Positions 18,081-29,900 of a stretch of 64,000 nucleotides of DNA are shown here, one piece after another. Under the pieces are notes generated by a model. It did no database searches. It was not told where the DNA came from and worked only from the letters and a program-made list of their open reading frames with translations. Numbering within the stretch: position 1 is the stretch's first letter; each line of letters begins with the position of its first letter. A program made the position numbers and the translations under genes. The stretch lies in the IMG/VR virus record IMGVR_UViG_3300049846_000628, positions 124,001-188,000 of that record; one strand, 5' to 3'.

Positions 18081-18680
18081 TTATAGGGTGTCCTGCTCCC
18101 GCTTGGATGGTGCTTGTGACAGTTTCTGAACTGCCACAATGTCCTTATATGTTTTCCTGTCCCCAGCAATAATTCCTCTAATTTTAGAAGGACAATAATT
18201 TCTTTCCTCACAAAATTTGGATAAATGATCAACTATAATTACTTCTCCAGATTGAAGTGTAATCTCATATGTTTTTCTTCTACTTTCCAACCATTTTTTA
18301 TTTTGACTTCGTTTTTTTATTCCTTCAAGATAATTTTCTCTATGAGAGTTCATAATATTATTTTCTTTCATTCTTTGTCTCAATATTTCTTTATTTTTTT
18401 GAGAGACAAGTAATCCACTATTACCTTCCCCACCATTACTCTTGTTCCTTAATATTCCAGTTCGCAAATCCTTCCTACCAAACACAGCAATCATATAGAT
18501 TTCGTGTCTAAATGCTTCTTGTTCGGTAAGATTACATTTAAGATATATTCTTTTAGTTTTATCTTTGGGAGGTTTTGTTGGTCTTCCAGTTGTATCGTTT
18601 ATTCTATCCCCCTTCCCCTTACCAATATAATAAGGAGTTCCATCTTCACGCAAGTAAGCGTAAGTGTAATAGTTATTCAT
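18081..18680 (-). CDS. GIY-YIG homing endonuclease
   Basis: YYTYAYLREDGTPYYIGKG..R..EAFRHEIYMI..GILRN; start reassigned to MNNYY behind TATAAATA. Confidence 0.88.
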   Translation of the reverse strand: MNNYYTYAYLREDGTPYYIGKGKGDRINDTTGRPTKPPKDKTKRIYLKCNLTEQEAFRHEIYMIAVFGRKDLRTGILRNKSNGGEGNSGLLVSQKNKEILRQRMKENNIMNSHRENYLEGIKKRSQNKKWLESRRKTYEITLQSGEVIIVDHLSKFCEERNYCPSKIRGIIAGDRKTYKDIVAVQKLSQAPSKREQDTL

Positions 18681-18775
18681 TCTTGTCTTAAAAGTCGCAA
18701 TAATATTTATATTAAAAGAGGGACATTTCTGTCCCCCCAACTTTGCTTTTAGATGCGACTCCTAAGCATCAATAT

Positions 18776-19756
18776 TTAGTATAGTGCCTCCACCAGCGCA
18801 TTCGACTGCTGCTGTGCCAGTTCATCAACTGTCTCCTGGGCAATGCTGATTGCGTCTGGATTCACATCCATCGTGATACAATTTCGCCCCAAACCAAAAG
18901 CGGAAATTGCTGTCGTTCCAGATCCACAGAAGGGGTCCAGCACCCATCCATCAGGAGGACAAGACGACTTTATGATACGTTCTAACAGTTTCAGAGGCTT
19001 TTGTGTAGGATATTTACGCTTATTCTGTTCACTTCTGCTGATAAAGTATACATCATCCCACAAATTCTGCACTGGGACACCTTTAGACTCGTGAGAATAG
19101 ATTTTTTTGTAAATATTGTTTGCTCCGTAGTGCAGACGACCCTGGGCGTCCAGTTCTTCCAGTTTTTCCCTTGTTATACGGAATCCATACTGAGGATTAT
19201 AACCTTTATACTCAAAACGGGCACAAGGACGACTCTTTTCACCAGTCACCTTTGCGAGAGCATAATATCCAACTTCATCTTTATTCTTGAAGCTGTTCTC
19301 AGCATACACTGGATCAAGAGATGTATATTCAACTTCAAAGTATGGTTTGCCTTTCTGCAGCACCATAATACTATCTACAATGTTACCCCAACCATTCTTG
19401 AGGTTGTTCTTTGGTCCACTACGTTTCCAAGAGATGTTAGTGTAGAAAGCATCCCTAACTTTAGGATCTACCTTAGAAAGGACTAAAGCATTACCAATAA
19501 AGTTATTGTGGGCATATAACCACCCATTCTTATTCAACTTAGCAAAACAGTTATTGATGACTTCTGCATACCAGTCAATATAGTCATCAAAGGAACTCCA
19601 ATTATCACTAAAACCTTTCTCTTGACCATCTTCCTCCTGCATTGTAAAATCCCGCTGCAATCCAAAGGGAGGGTCCATATAAATCAGATCAAATGTCTGG
19701 TCAATGGTATTGAGTTCTTCAACAGGCTTCTGAAGAATCTTAATCTCAGGCATCAC
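18776..19756 (-). CDS. N6-adenine/N4-cytosine DNA methyltransferase (beta class)
   Basis: LIYMDPPF, YPTQKPLKLLERII, VLDPFCGSGTT. Confidence 0.92.
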   Translation of the reverse strand: MMPEIKILQKPVEELNTIDQTFDLIYMDPPFGLQRDFTMQEEDGQEKGFSDNWSSFDDYIDWYAEVINNCFAKLNKNGWLYAHNNFIGNALVLSKVDPKVRDAFYTNISWKRSGPKNNLKNGWGNIVDSIMVLQKGKPYFEVEYTSLDPVYAENSFKNKDEVGYYALAKVTGEKSRPCARFEYKGYNPQYGFRITREKLEELDAQGRLHYGANNIYKKIYSHESKGVPVQNLWDDVYFISRSEQNKRKYPTQKPLKLLERIIKSSCPPDGWVLDPFCGSGTTAISAFGLGRNCITMDVNPDAISIAQETVDELAQQQSNALVEALY

Positions 19757-19776
19757 CGAAAAAATCTTATCCCGTC

Positions 19777-19813
19777 ATTCTACCATAAAAAAAGGAGGGG
19801 ATCAACCCTCCTT
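19777..19813 (-). terminator. Intrinsic terminator overlapping a sigma70 promoter
   Basis: AAGGAGGG-TTGATC-CCCTCCTT + T run; TTGATC-N17-TAGAAT inside it. Confidence 0.8.
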
Positions 19814-19817
19814 AAAA

Positions 19818-20030
19818 TCAATCATCGTAGACTCTACATTCTAACGCATCGGGGTTAGCATCACAATATAACTCAAATGCTGTTGGATCGTGGGAATCAT
19901 CAGGATGATTTGCCTTATAAGCCTTTAGTGCTTCTAATTCTTCTTCTGTATGTCTTCTTGATTGTGCAGAAATCGTAGGATCACTCAAAAGTTCTTCATC
20001 CTTCTGGATGTGTTGATCGATGTTTTCCAT
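19818..20030 (-). CDS. cp12: CP12 Calvin-cycle inhibitor
   Basis: C-terminal DPTAFELYCDANPDALECRVYDD CP12 motif; start MENIDQH. Confidence 0.92.
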   Translation of the reverse strand: MENIDQHIQKDEELLSDPTISAQSRRHTEEELEALKAYKANHPDDSHDPTAFELYCDANPDALECRVYDD

Positions 20031-20061
20031 TGTTTTGTAGCGTGATAATCTATTTATTTTC

Positions 20062-20932
20062 TCACTCACTCAGAGCAGATCCTCTCCAATTCTTTGGTGG
20101 GAGAGGATCACACTTGCCCTCAAGTGAACGAACCATTAGTTCAGTGAACTTTTCCATTTTTTCGGCAGAAACTGTCTGTGGAGCGTAGGTAATAGCATCT
20201 TTAAGAGCTACAAGTTCACTCCATTCTTCTTGTGTAAGGTTTTCAGATCCAGTTTTTGCTAGAGTCATAAGTCTTTTGCGATGTGTCCCAATGTTAGCAT
20301 TCTAATATATTACTATCTAGAAACTTAATGTTTTCTTCGGGATCACGTTACATTACTTAATAAAATCATCAAGTGCATCAAGATCATCTTTCAGTTCTTG
20401 GTGTATTTTTTCGTCTTGATAATAAGACCAGAGAGCATTGTGAACGTGAATTAGATGATCTACCCAGAAACCAGCAGGATAAATTCCAAGTGCATCTTGA
20501 AGACCACGATGACTAGTTCCTTCGCTCTCTGCCTTACACATAATATAGCAGATTGCTTGTACCATATCAAGTTTATCCTCTTCAGAAAGCATAAAATACT
20601 TTCCTACTGCACGTTGCTTTGCTTCTTCATTTTCTTTTTGCATTTCTTTGAAAGCATCAGAATCCCACCATTCTTTTAGTGCTTTACCAAGTTCGTTAGG
20701 TTTAGTCATCTTTTCCAAAGATAGTTCCAAAGAAACCAGAGTCTCCTGGTTTACGATTTTCAAGTTTATCCAGAATAGAATCAGTCGTTTGTAGAGTTTC
20801 AATACGACTGATCATATCAGCGATTACACTACAAACCATTGGACGTTCTTGACGTGCAGCATATGCTAATGCATTACGCAAAGATGCTTCTGCTTCCTTT
20901 AGACTTGTTTCAACAGATTCACTTAGCGCCAT
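20062..20932 (-). other. Three hypothetical ORFs (20062-20268, 20353-20709, 20702-20932)
   Basis: Co-oriented ORFs from the track. Confidence 0.75.
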
Positions 20933-21088
20933 TTAATCTATCCTCACATTTAGTATAAAAAGTTCCATTTACATAACAAGACTTACCTGGTTCATAGTAT
21001 TTTATCACAGGTATTTGTGTTCTTGGATATTCTACCACATTTTTTACGTGGCAGAATATATTATAACCACAAACAAGAGTTTCAATCA

Positions 21089-21865
21089 TCAACACTCATC
21101 CGATTTAAGTTCAGAATGTTGCCAACGACCATCGATCATTTTATATCCAGCAGCAAGCATTTCTTCTTTATAAGGATCTTTCCATACTTTTTTGAGTGTA
21201 TAAGATCCATTACCATTATCGACCCATTCAACTTGATCACCCTCTTTCAGATTTGCTGCTTCAAGAAGATCATCGGGGAAAGAAACAAAATATTCTGTTT
21301 CATCGGTATCAGTATCTTTCGCTTCTTCGACAGGAAGAACCCATTTCTTTACTTTATCTTCTTTTTGAGATGGAATCCAGAAGCCATCGGCAGTCATTTC
21401 CCAACCAGCAGCAACTGCTTCATCATATGTGAGGAAAGGATTTAGGCGATTAAAATCATTACGAGTATAATCGTAATAATGTTTAGAGTGCTTCGCGTCA
21501 AGTTCTGCTCGCTTATCATAGTATTCTGCTTCACGCAGGTTATACTCGCGGCATTGTTCTTTTTCTTGATCCGATGCTGCCTTGTCGCACATCGCATTCA
21601 GTTCTTCTTCAGTATATTGGACGCTACTTACCGTTGAACCCCTGAATTCATCATATACAGGAATGCGATGCTTACGATCATCATTCAGAAGAGCAAGTAA
21701 TTGATAACAACGATTTGCTTGCTCTTTGAAGTAAACATATTGTTCTTCTACTACACCCTTGATTACATCATAGATTTCTTGGGGAGTTGCCTCTGCACAA
21801 GACAAAGCATCGTGCATCCAGTTATCAAGTTGTTCAAGAGAATACTTCTTGTAGTCAAAGTCCAT
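21089..21865 (-). CDS. Protein with C-terminal AbrB/SpoVT-like domain
   Basis: EYFVSFPDDLLEAANLKEGDQVEWVDNGNGSYTLKK. Confidence 0.65.
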   Translation of the reverse strand: MDFDYKKYSLEQLDNWMHDALSCAEATPQEIYDVIKGVVEEQYVYFKEQANRCYQLLALLNDDRKHRIPVYDEFRGSTVSSVQYTEEELNAMCDKAASDQEKEQCREYNLREAEYYDKRAELDAKHSKHYYDYTRNDFNRLNPFLTYDEAVAAGWEMTADGFWIPSQKEDKVKKWVLPVEEAKDTDTDETEYFVSFPDDLLEAANLKEGDQVEWVDNGNGSYTLKKVWKDPYKEEMLAAGYKMIDGRWQHSELKSDEC

Positions 21866-22012
21866 CGGTAAAGTCCTTGATTGCTTGCTCTACTATAACC
21901 TGAATCTCTTTGGAAGTCAAGCCATTCAACCACTTCCAATTTGGGTCTTCTGGATCCCAGTCCATAGAAAAAGACCCATCTTCATTTTGTGTTATTTTAA
22001 GCGTATCTTCCA

Positions 22013-22843
22013 TCAATCTCTTGGTTTTGGTTTAGAACATTCATGACAATAATATGAAAATCCGTCACGAAAGTATTTCACAACTTCATAATGGTCTTTA
22101 TTAAGTGGTTTTTCTACACCACACTTATCACATATCCTTGTCTTTTTTGATGGACTTTCGGAGACGTTTGAGCTCTTTGAGTTCCATTTTAATATTTTTG
22201 TAAGCAGTTTCAGCATCAAACTTTCCTCCCATCTCCATTGCTATGATAACATCAACTCTTGTTCCAAAGTGTGCAAGTGCTTTTTCAAAATCATCTAAAT
22301 CATACATCGTAATTGATCCTACAACGCTCAGCAAGAATATCTATACGCGAATCCAGAGAATTTTCCATCCTATACAATTCGTTAATCAACTCTACGTTTT
22401 CTTCTTCAAGTCTTTCTACTTTTGCTTCCAACTCATAAAGTCTCTTGTAGACATCATCCATTGGAACATCATCAGAAAAAGACCATTTGCTAAACCAACT
22501 CATAATATACCAACAGATTTAAGATAATTTCGATAAGCCATATAACGTTGAATGGATGGTGTTACTCCAAGACTTTCACAGCACCTACAATATGAAATGA
22601 ATTCATACCAAGGTGCTGTTGGGTCTGTATCACTCACAATTTACCTCCTACTTGACCCTCATAAATTTTGGATTCAGGGAAACCTTCCTGCCGTCCTTTA
22701 AGAATGTAACGGGTTGCTGATATACATTGCTCTTCAGTGAGAGACGTGACCAGTCCCTTACCATCTTTGTCGGTTGAATCCCAGAGTCCATACTTTTTTT
22801 GTTCAATGTAAAAGCAGTCGTCAATTAGTTTCTTTTTTGTCAT
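22013..22843 (-). other. Small hypothetical ORFs (incl. CxxC...CxxC protein ending 22013, 22128-22334, 22300-22503, 22634-22843)
   Basis: Co-oriented ORFs from the track. Confidence 0.65.
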
Positions 22844-22948
22844 TTACTTCCTTTACAGTTTTATGAAGTTGTTTCAGTGCCTCAATGGTTTCTGGAGTTT
22901 CTTCCCAAAACCACGAATTACCATTCTTATCTACAAAAGTACGTTCAG

Positions 22949-23974
22949 TCATAGAGTAATCCAGCGTTCGTTTGAAAGAGTCCATTGAGTCACTTCTGCG
23001 ATACGCTCACGAACTGACTTTTGGGGGACCCATCCCAACTCTTTCATTTTATCACCAGATAGAGCATAACGCAAGTCATGTCCAGGGCGGGATGAGTGGA
23101 AATCCACAAGTTCATACTTGAGTTCTTGACCTTGTGCTTCTGCAATAATCTCAGCAAGTTCTAGGTTGTTGAGTTCTTCTGAACCAACAATGTTGAACTT
23201 AGGACACTTAGCGTTGCCCCAAGTAGGTTCAAACTTACCCTCATAGTTCAACAGAAATAGGACAGCAGATGAAACATCTTCGGCATGAATGTAATGGCGT
23301 GACCCAGGAATCGTACAGGTACTATCACTATGAATGGTTACAGTTTCACCGTCACGAATTTTACGAATACACATAGGAATAAACTTCTCTGGATGCTGAC
23401 GCTCACCAAAGACGTTCATCGTGTGGGTAATGTATACTGGAAGACCGTAGGTGTTCTCATAAGCAACAGAAAGTTCTTCACCACCTGCTTTAGATGCACT
23501 ATAAGGATTCGTGGAGTTATAACGGTCGTTCTCCTCATACTTGATTCCATCAGGAGCAGGACCGAATACTTCATCAGTGCTAAAGTAAACAAACCTTTCA
23601 AGATTAGTTTGAGTACGGGCAAACTCAAGAATGTTGCAGGTTCCTACTACATTATCAAGTACAAACTCCATAGGATATTCAATACTACGGTCAACGTGAG
23701 AACCAGCAGCAAGATGGAGAATGTAATCAACTTGACCGATTTCAGAACGGACAAGAGGATTAAGTTCAGCTTTGAGGTCATGATGAACAACACGAACACG
23801 CTTACGAACTTCAGGATCGAATGAGAGCATTAGATCGTGAAGTCGATTCAAATTTCCACTGTAATCAAGACGATCAAGAGTAATAACCTCCCAATCAGTT
23901 GTCTTCAAAATTTGACCAATCAGATGGTGTGCAATAAATCCAGCACCACCAGTAATCAATGCTCTCTTAGTCAT
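22949..23974 (-). CDS. rmlB: dTDP-glucose 4,6-dehydratase
   Basis: GGAGFIA, LDRLDYSG, AAGSHVDRSI, STDEVFG, PYSASK, RPGHDLRY. Confidence 0.92.
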   Translation of the reverse strand: MTKRALITGGAGFIAHHLIGQILKTTDWEVITLDRLDYSGNLNRLHDLMLSFDPEVRKRVRVVHHDLKAELNPLVRSEIGQVDYILHLAAGSHVDRSIEYPMEFVLDNVVGTCNILEFARTQTNLERFVYFSTDEVFGPAPDGIKYEENDRYNSTNPYSASKAGGEELSVAYENTYGLPVYITHTMNVFGERQHPEKFIPMCIRKIRDGETVTIHSDSTCTIPGSRHYIHAEDVSSAVLFLLNYEGKFEPTWGNAKCPKFNIVGSEELNNLELAEIIAEAQGQELKYELVDFHSSRPGHDLRYALSGDKMKELGWVPQKSVRERIAEVTQWTLSNERWITL

Positions 23975-23976
23975 AC

Positions 23977-26900
23977 TTGTAACTCAGTTGAATGTCTTTC
24001 TTTTTAAGATTGTATCGGTCAATGTGCTTTTGACGATTGTGTTCGCTATCAAAATAACACTTGCGGGTTTCTTTTCCTTCTTTGTAAACCAACTTCCAAG
24101 GAAACTGATCAAAGGGAAATTCTTCAGTGTAGTCCATCAGGTAGGTTGCTCAACACGTTGAGTATACACGATATCAAAGAGTCCGTCAAGTATCTCATTG
24201 CACTGCTGATACTCGTCACTATTCAGAATAGCCTTCTCAATCTGATATCGACGAACAGCAGTGTGAATGAGTTTGTAATGTTCAGGTGTAAAGTTCATTC
24301 CGTTCCTCCATAAATTCTTTGCCCATCTTCATAACCCACTTGATATGCTGCCTGCAACCACTTGATGATTGCTCCATAATCATTTGTTTTTGCTGCAAAA
24401 TCAAAGTCATCATAGAATCTTTCAGAGCGGAATGAGTACCCTTCCATTTCTTCAAACCAATCTTCAAATTTCATTAGTCGTAAAGATTCTGCTCGTGCTG
24501 CAATCTATCTAGGTAATGATAAATCGTCTGCTCTGAATACCGAAACTCTTCAAATCGTTGCGGATTTCCTTCTTTCATTTTGTTCAGCATATTAATCCAG
24601 TCATAGTGTTTGTTCACGACCCACCCATAATGTTCATCATTCATTTTTCATAATCAGTAATTTTCCCACAATCATACCATAAAAAAGTTCACTTACCTTA
24701 TCATCGGCATTTTTCATTTGATCTTTTGTAAGACGAATTAACTCACTAATCTCAACATCAGTAAGTTTCCATTCAGTAATGTTGTGCTCGGTTACTTTCA
24801 TCATTTCAAGTGCTTTGGTTTTTCAGTATCAAATTGATAGAACTTTACATCCTTCATATCAAGACACATACGCACAGTTTCGTGCTCTCTGTGTTCTCTA
24901 TCTGTTCCTTTATATATCCCTCTGCGTTGATAAGCACAACACCAGACATTATAGTAGATTTTAGATTTATCATTCATTGACCTATCCTCAACTTGCGTTC
25001 ATCTGAAATAATGATATTGTAAGGGTCATCATAAGGATAGATGTATTCCATATACCATCCCAAAGATAAACCTTCCCAGAACTCATCATATCCCCAAGTA
25101 TCACCATCATTATAACAATCCAGACAATTCCAGAAGTTATGGAAACCCTCAAGGAAGATTTCCCATTTTGTTGGATTATCAAATCTCACGGCGTTTCATC
25201 ACTCCAATAGTAACGCAGTTTATCACCATCGGCAGAAATATTCAAGTGATAGATTTTATCATCCTCAGTATACACACCAATCCAAAGTGTGCGTTCATTC
25301 ATACTTTCCAGGTGAAACATTTGAATGTCTTGGAGTACGATTTCGTCTGGGTTTTCAGTCCATTTTCGGGACATTAGAGTTTTCTCAATTTATAAAAGTA
25401 TCATATCAGAAAGGGCATCCAAAATCAACTGCCCTTATTCCAGTTCTCAAAGTGTCTTTATGATATTCTTTTTCTTTTAGAAGTATCTATATTTCTTTTT
25501 TGTTGGTATCGTGTAAGTGCCCCTGATGTAGTTATAAACCCAGTTTCAAGACACATCCATTTTTGAGAATTAGTTATTTTTGAACCTTGTTTTCCAGCAT
25601 TTTTTCTTATATTATAAAGTTCTTCTGTTGATAAAGCAAAAAATCCAACACCTTTTTCATAAGATGTTTTTCCTCCTATTTTTCCACCAGGAAGAAAAGA
25701 ATGTTTATGAACTACCATTTTTCCTTCAAGTTCAAGAAAATCAATCAGTATTCTATCACACTCATAAAATTCTTTGAGGTATTGTGATACTTTTACATAA
25801 TCTATGTGTTTATCAATCATTAGATTAAAGAAGCAATAATTACAAGAATAAAAAATCCCCAAGGAATATTCAAACTAATGACTTCTCCCTTGTCGTTTCT
25901 ATCCGCATATGGAACAAAAAACTTGATAATGTCTAAAGTGTTCATCGGAAACTCTTCAATACTTTACGAATAAACTGAATAGAACCATAAAACTCTTGAC
26001 CATCCTGTCCACCAATTACAATCCAATCAACTTCTTCCAGAGCAAGTTTAATTCTTTCATCTCTGGTGAGGTCTTCAAATGATTTCTTTGCGAGTTCTTG
26101 TCGTGCTGCTGCATCCATAACCTTTTCAAAGTCTTCTTCGGATACTTTTGCGGTGGTTGGTTGTTCGTCAGTCATTTTGTTCCTGGTGCAAAAGGACTGC
26201 TGCTATAAGTTTCCTTTGGTGCTTTTACATCACACCAAATATTGGGTTCATGGGGTGTAGTTTTCAAAGGAATTGGAGGAGTATAAGGAACTGCGATTGG
26301 TTGAGTAAGTGGTTGAGAGAATGAGTATTGTTTGGTCTCATAAATCCATCGTTCCAGAATGTTGCAATCCCATCCATCATAATGTTTCTTACCATATTCC
26401 ACACAATCCTCACGATTGGGGAAAGCAACAACAAAAGTGTCTTTGTAATAAAGTGCGTAGATTTTCATAATGCCTCATCAATCCACACAAAGCCCAAACA
26501 AGTTTTCATAAAGAACCTCACCAAACGATTAGGTTTATCAGGCATATAATACCTGAAATATCGTTGATTACCAATCGTATAATAACCTTTATGAGTATTT
26601 CCCTGTTTGATTACAAAAGAGGTTTCAGTATAAGGACTAGTATAAGCAGTCAATCCAGTTGTTGTATAAGCAAGTTTTAGTTCAGGTGGAAAATGTCCGT
26701 GCTCCTTTGCGTATTCAAATTTCTCAAAAATCCTATCAAACTTTCGGTTGTATCTCTCCTCGGCATGTTCTCTTGACCATTTAGAGCACATTTTGAACTT
26801 CTCTATCTGAGCACCAATCTTCTCATCAAACTCTTGTTGGATTTCATCCAGAGTTTTAGGAGGTTCTGGAATATCCAAGTATGGTTTAATTACATCAAAA

Positions 26901-29900
26901 TGCTCATAATCTTTGTTGAAGTAAATAAACCCAAGCAAATAAGGAAGAATACTTTGAGATGCTCCTTTGAGTTTCTCTGGATTGAGTTTATACCCCGATG
27001 TCCCTATTTTTAGTGTTCCTTGTGGTTCAATCATCGTATTCCAGTATCAAAGAGTTTTCTCAGTTCATTATACACCAATATAATGTCGTGGTCAGTAGTC
27101 ATATGACCACGATCTTTTTCTAATTTTAGAAGATCATAAAGTTGTCGTGCTTGGTCTTCTGTGAGTGTGAGTTTATACTGCTTTTCAACTTCAATCATTT
27201 TCAATCACTCCACATAATGATATAAAGGTTCTTTGTATTTTCTCAGTAGTCGTATTGCATCTTGTGCTTCTTCAAGTGTTTGGAATATAGCATCTGAATA
27301 AAGAAAATACTTTTGGTCTTTAATACTATATCTTTGAATAAAAAAATAAGGTTTCAAAGTTTTTAAATTGAGGTCTTCTACAATTCGGTAATCATATACT
27401 TTCATTATTTCCGTGCCTCCCAATACTTACCTTCTTCACTACATTTACCATAAGTTCGTCTCATCAAATCACAAAAACGACCACCTTTGACTTTTCCAGT
27501 CACCAGATTTTCACTCAATACTGGATTGAAGCATAAGTCAAATCGGTCTCCACCACCAGTAAGATGTTCAAACCAATCTTTCTTATACCACTTACAATCT
27601 TTACAGAGCTTTAGATCAGTCACTGGGATTCTCCATAATCACAATCAAAGGACAAATACTCAATCACAGGTTTCCTCAAATAGTTACAAAGGTGCCACTG
27701 TGCTTCTTCAAATGTAGAATAATCACCATCCCTATATTCGTCTACAAATAGATTATACCAAAACAATCCAAATCTTTTGTGTTGTGGATAGTATCTGGTT
27801 GAGTGTCCGTCTGTTACTTTTTTGATGCGGTAGTTTTTAGTCATTTCAAATACCTGCGTCGGCATCAATAGTGAAGTTTGGTTTGTCTATGATGACCTCT
27901 ACACTCATACTACCCATAATCCCAGCAATCACATTCCTTACATTCTCCCTTGATTTAGCAGTATAGTATCCATTCCAGTTTGATACTGTTAGAGAATGGT
28001 TGAGTGTATCAATAATAACTGCGAGTTCGTGTGCTGTAAGTTTCATTTCAATACCTCATCAACATCAACACCATCATAATCATCAATACCAAGTTTGAAC
28101 CTTACGAAATCAGTGAGGTCAGTAGCATCCCGTTCATACACACAATACCCACCATTATTATCACTTTCTGTGTAATTGGTGAAGTAATCATCAAATACTA
28201 CCATAATAGCAAGGGCACGGGATTGGTCGTGTTCTGTGATGGTCTTATGGGGATGTGCTACAATTTTAGTGATACACTCAAAGAGTTCCTCACGAGTGTA
28301 TGAGAATGCTTTTGCTTCTGGATTGAGTTGGTAAGTCATTTCAGTTCCTCTTCTCTTTGGAGTTCATAAAACATATCATTCAAAAATGCAAGTGCGTGTT
28401 TTCCAACAAACCAAGCATCTTTATCCTCAAAGAATCTATCACCAACAGTTCTCATATCATAACCTTCTTTGGTTTCATCAAAGAAAGCAACAACATAACA
28501 TAACTCTTTGTCGTTGCTGTCCTTATACCACTTTACGAGTTCATACTTTTTGTTGAATTCACTCCAACGGAACTCTACATCACGAAACCTCACTCTTCAT
28601 CCTCCTCATAAGGAAACATTTCATCATACTCTTCGTCAGTGAGAGTAAGATACTGAACATCAGCATTCTTGTGCTCTTCGGCATACACTAACTGGTAGTG
28701 TGCGAAAGAAGAAGGGTCTGAACTAGCAAATTCTAGCAGACCATCAACAAAACAAAGGTAGTTCATTTTAGTTCTCCAAGATTCACAGGAGGTTTGATGT
28801 CCATAAGTTCATCATACAGCATCTGGGCAAACCCGTAGTGGGGTCTTGTACCAGTTTCAATACTGGTACTGGTCGCCACTGCCCACATAATATCAAGTTC
28901 TCTTTTATCAGGTAGTTTCTTCATCTTCCTCATCAGTCAGGACAGTTCCCATCGGACCCTTTTTCAATCGTGCCCAGTCTTCATCACGCTGTTTCCAGTC
29001 TTGAAACTTTTTCTCCAAGTCCTCATTCACAGTCAGGTCAAATTCATCAGCAACCTTACGCATTTCTTCAGGACTTCGCATATCATTGAAGGCAAGGGCA
29101 CAGGCACCTTTCATAATACCTTGCTCACTATGACCCATTGTGCGAGCAATCGTTCCAAAGAAACGGAACAATTGAATGCTGTTAATGTCTTCGGTAGAAA
29201 TCTCAAAAGTATAATGCTCTTCTGGAAGACTTTCATCATCATAAATTCCAGACCCACCATAGGTAGGAGTCCATTCAGCGTCAAAATGCACACGAAGTTT
29301 TGCCTTGTAAGTCATTGGTTTGTTGCTTATGAGAGTATAATACCAGAAAGGGCACCTGAAATCAAGTGCCCTTGTGACGGTTCTTCAAGTGTCCTCGTCG
29401 GGTAGTTCTTCATCTAAATCCACATCAATTCCATCAGTGAGTTCTTTTATTCGTTCAAAGAAATCTTCATCTAATGGAATGAGTTTCTCTTCTCCTCTAT
29501 CAATTCTATCACACATTTCCATCAGATGTTCAAGAAACTCTTTTGGATAAGTCTCATCAAGGTTGATACTTGTCCAGAACCATTGATAACATTCTTCATA
29601 AGGGTCATCGGTTGGAAGTAGGGCATAATCTGCATAATTTCCACTGATGAGGTCTCTCCACATCTTGAAATTATTCCACATCTCACGCCACCCTGTTTGA
29701 AAGCAGTGACCAATGTAATACTCAAACCAGTTCATCTTTTTGGACATAGAACAATTCATCCCGCCAGTTTCTACCAGCAATATCAAAAGTGAAACCTACC
29801 CTACCAATAGAAAATAAGCAGGAGAACAACTTACCATATCCCATAGAGATTTGAAGATAAGGAAACTCAATCCACTTCCCATACTCACCATAATCAATTG

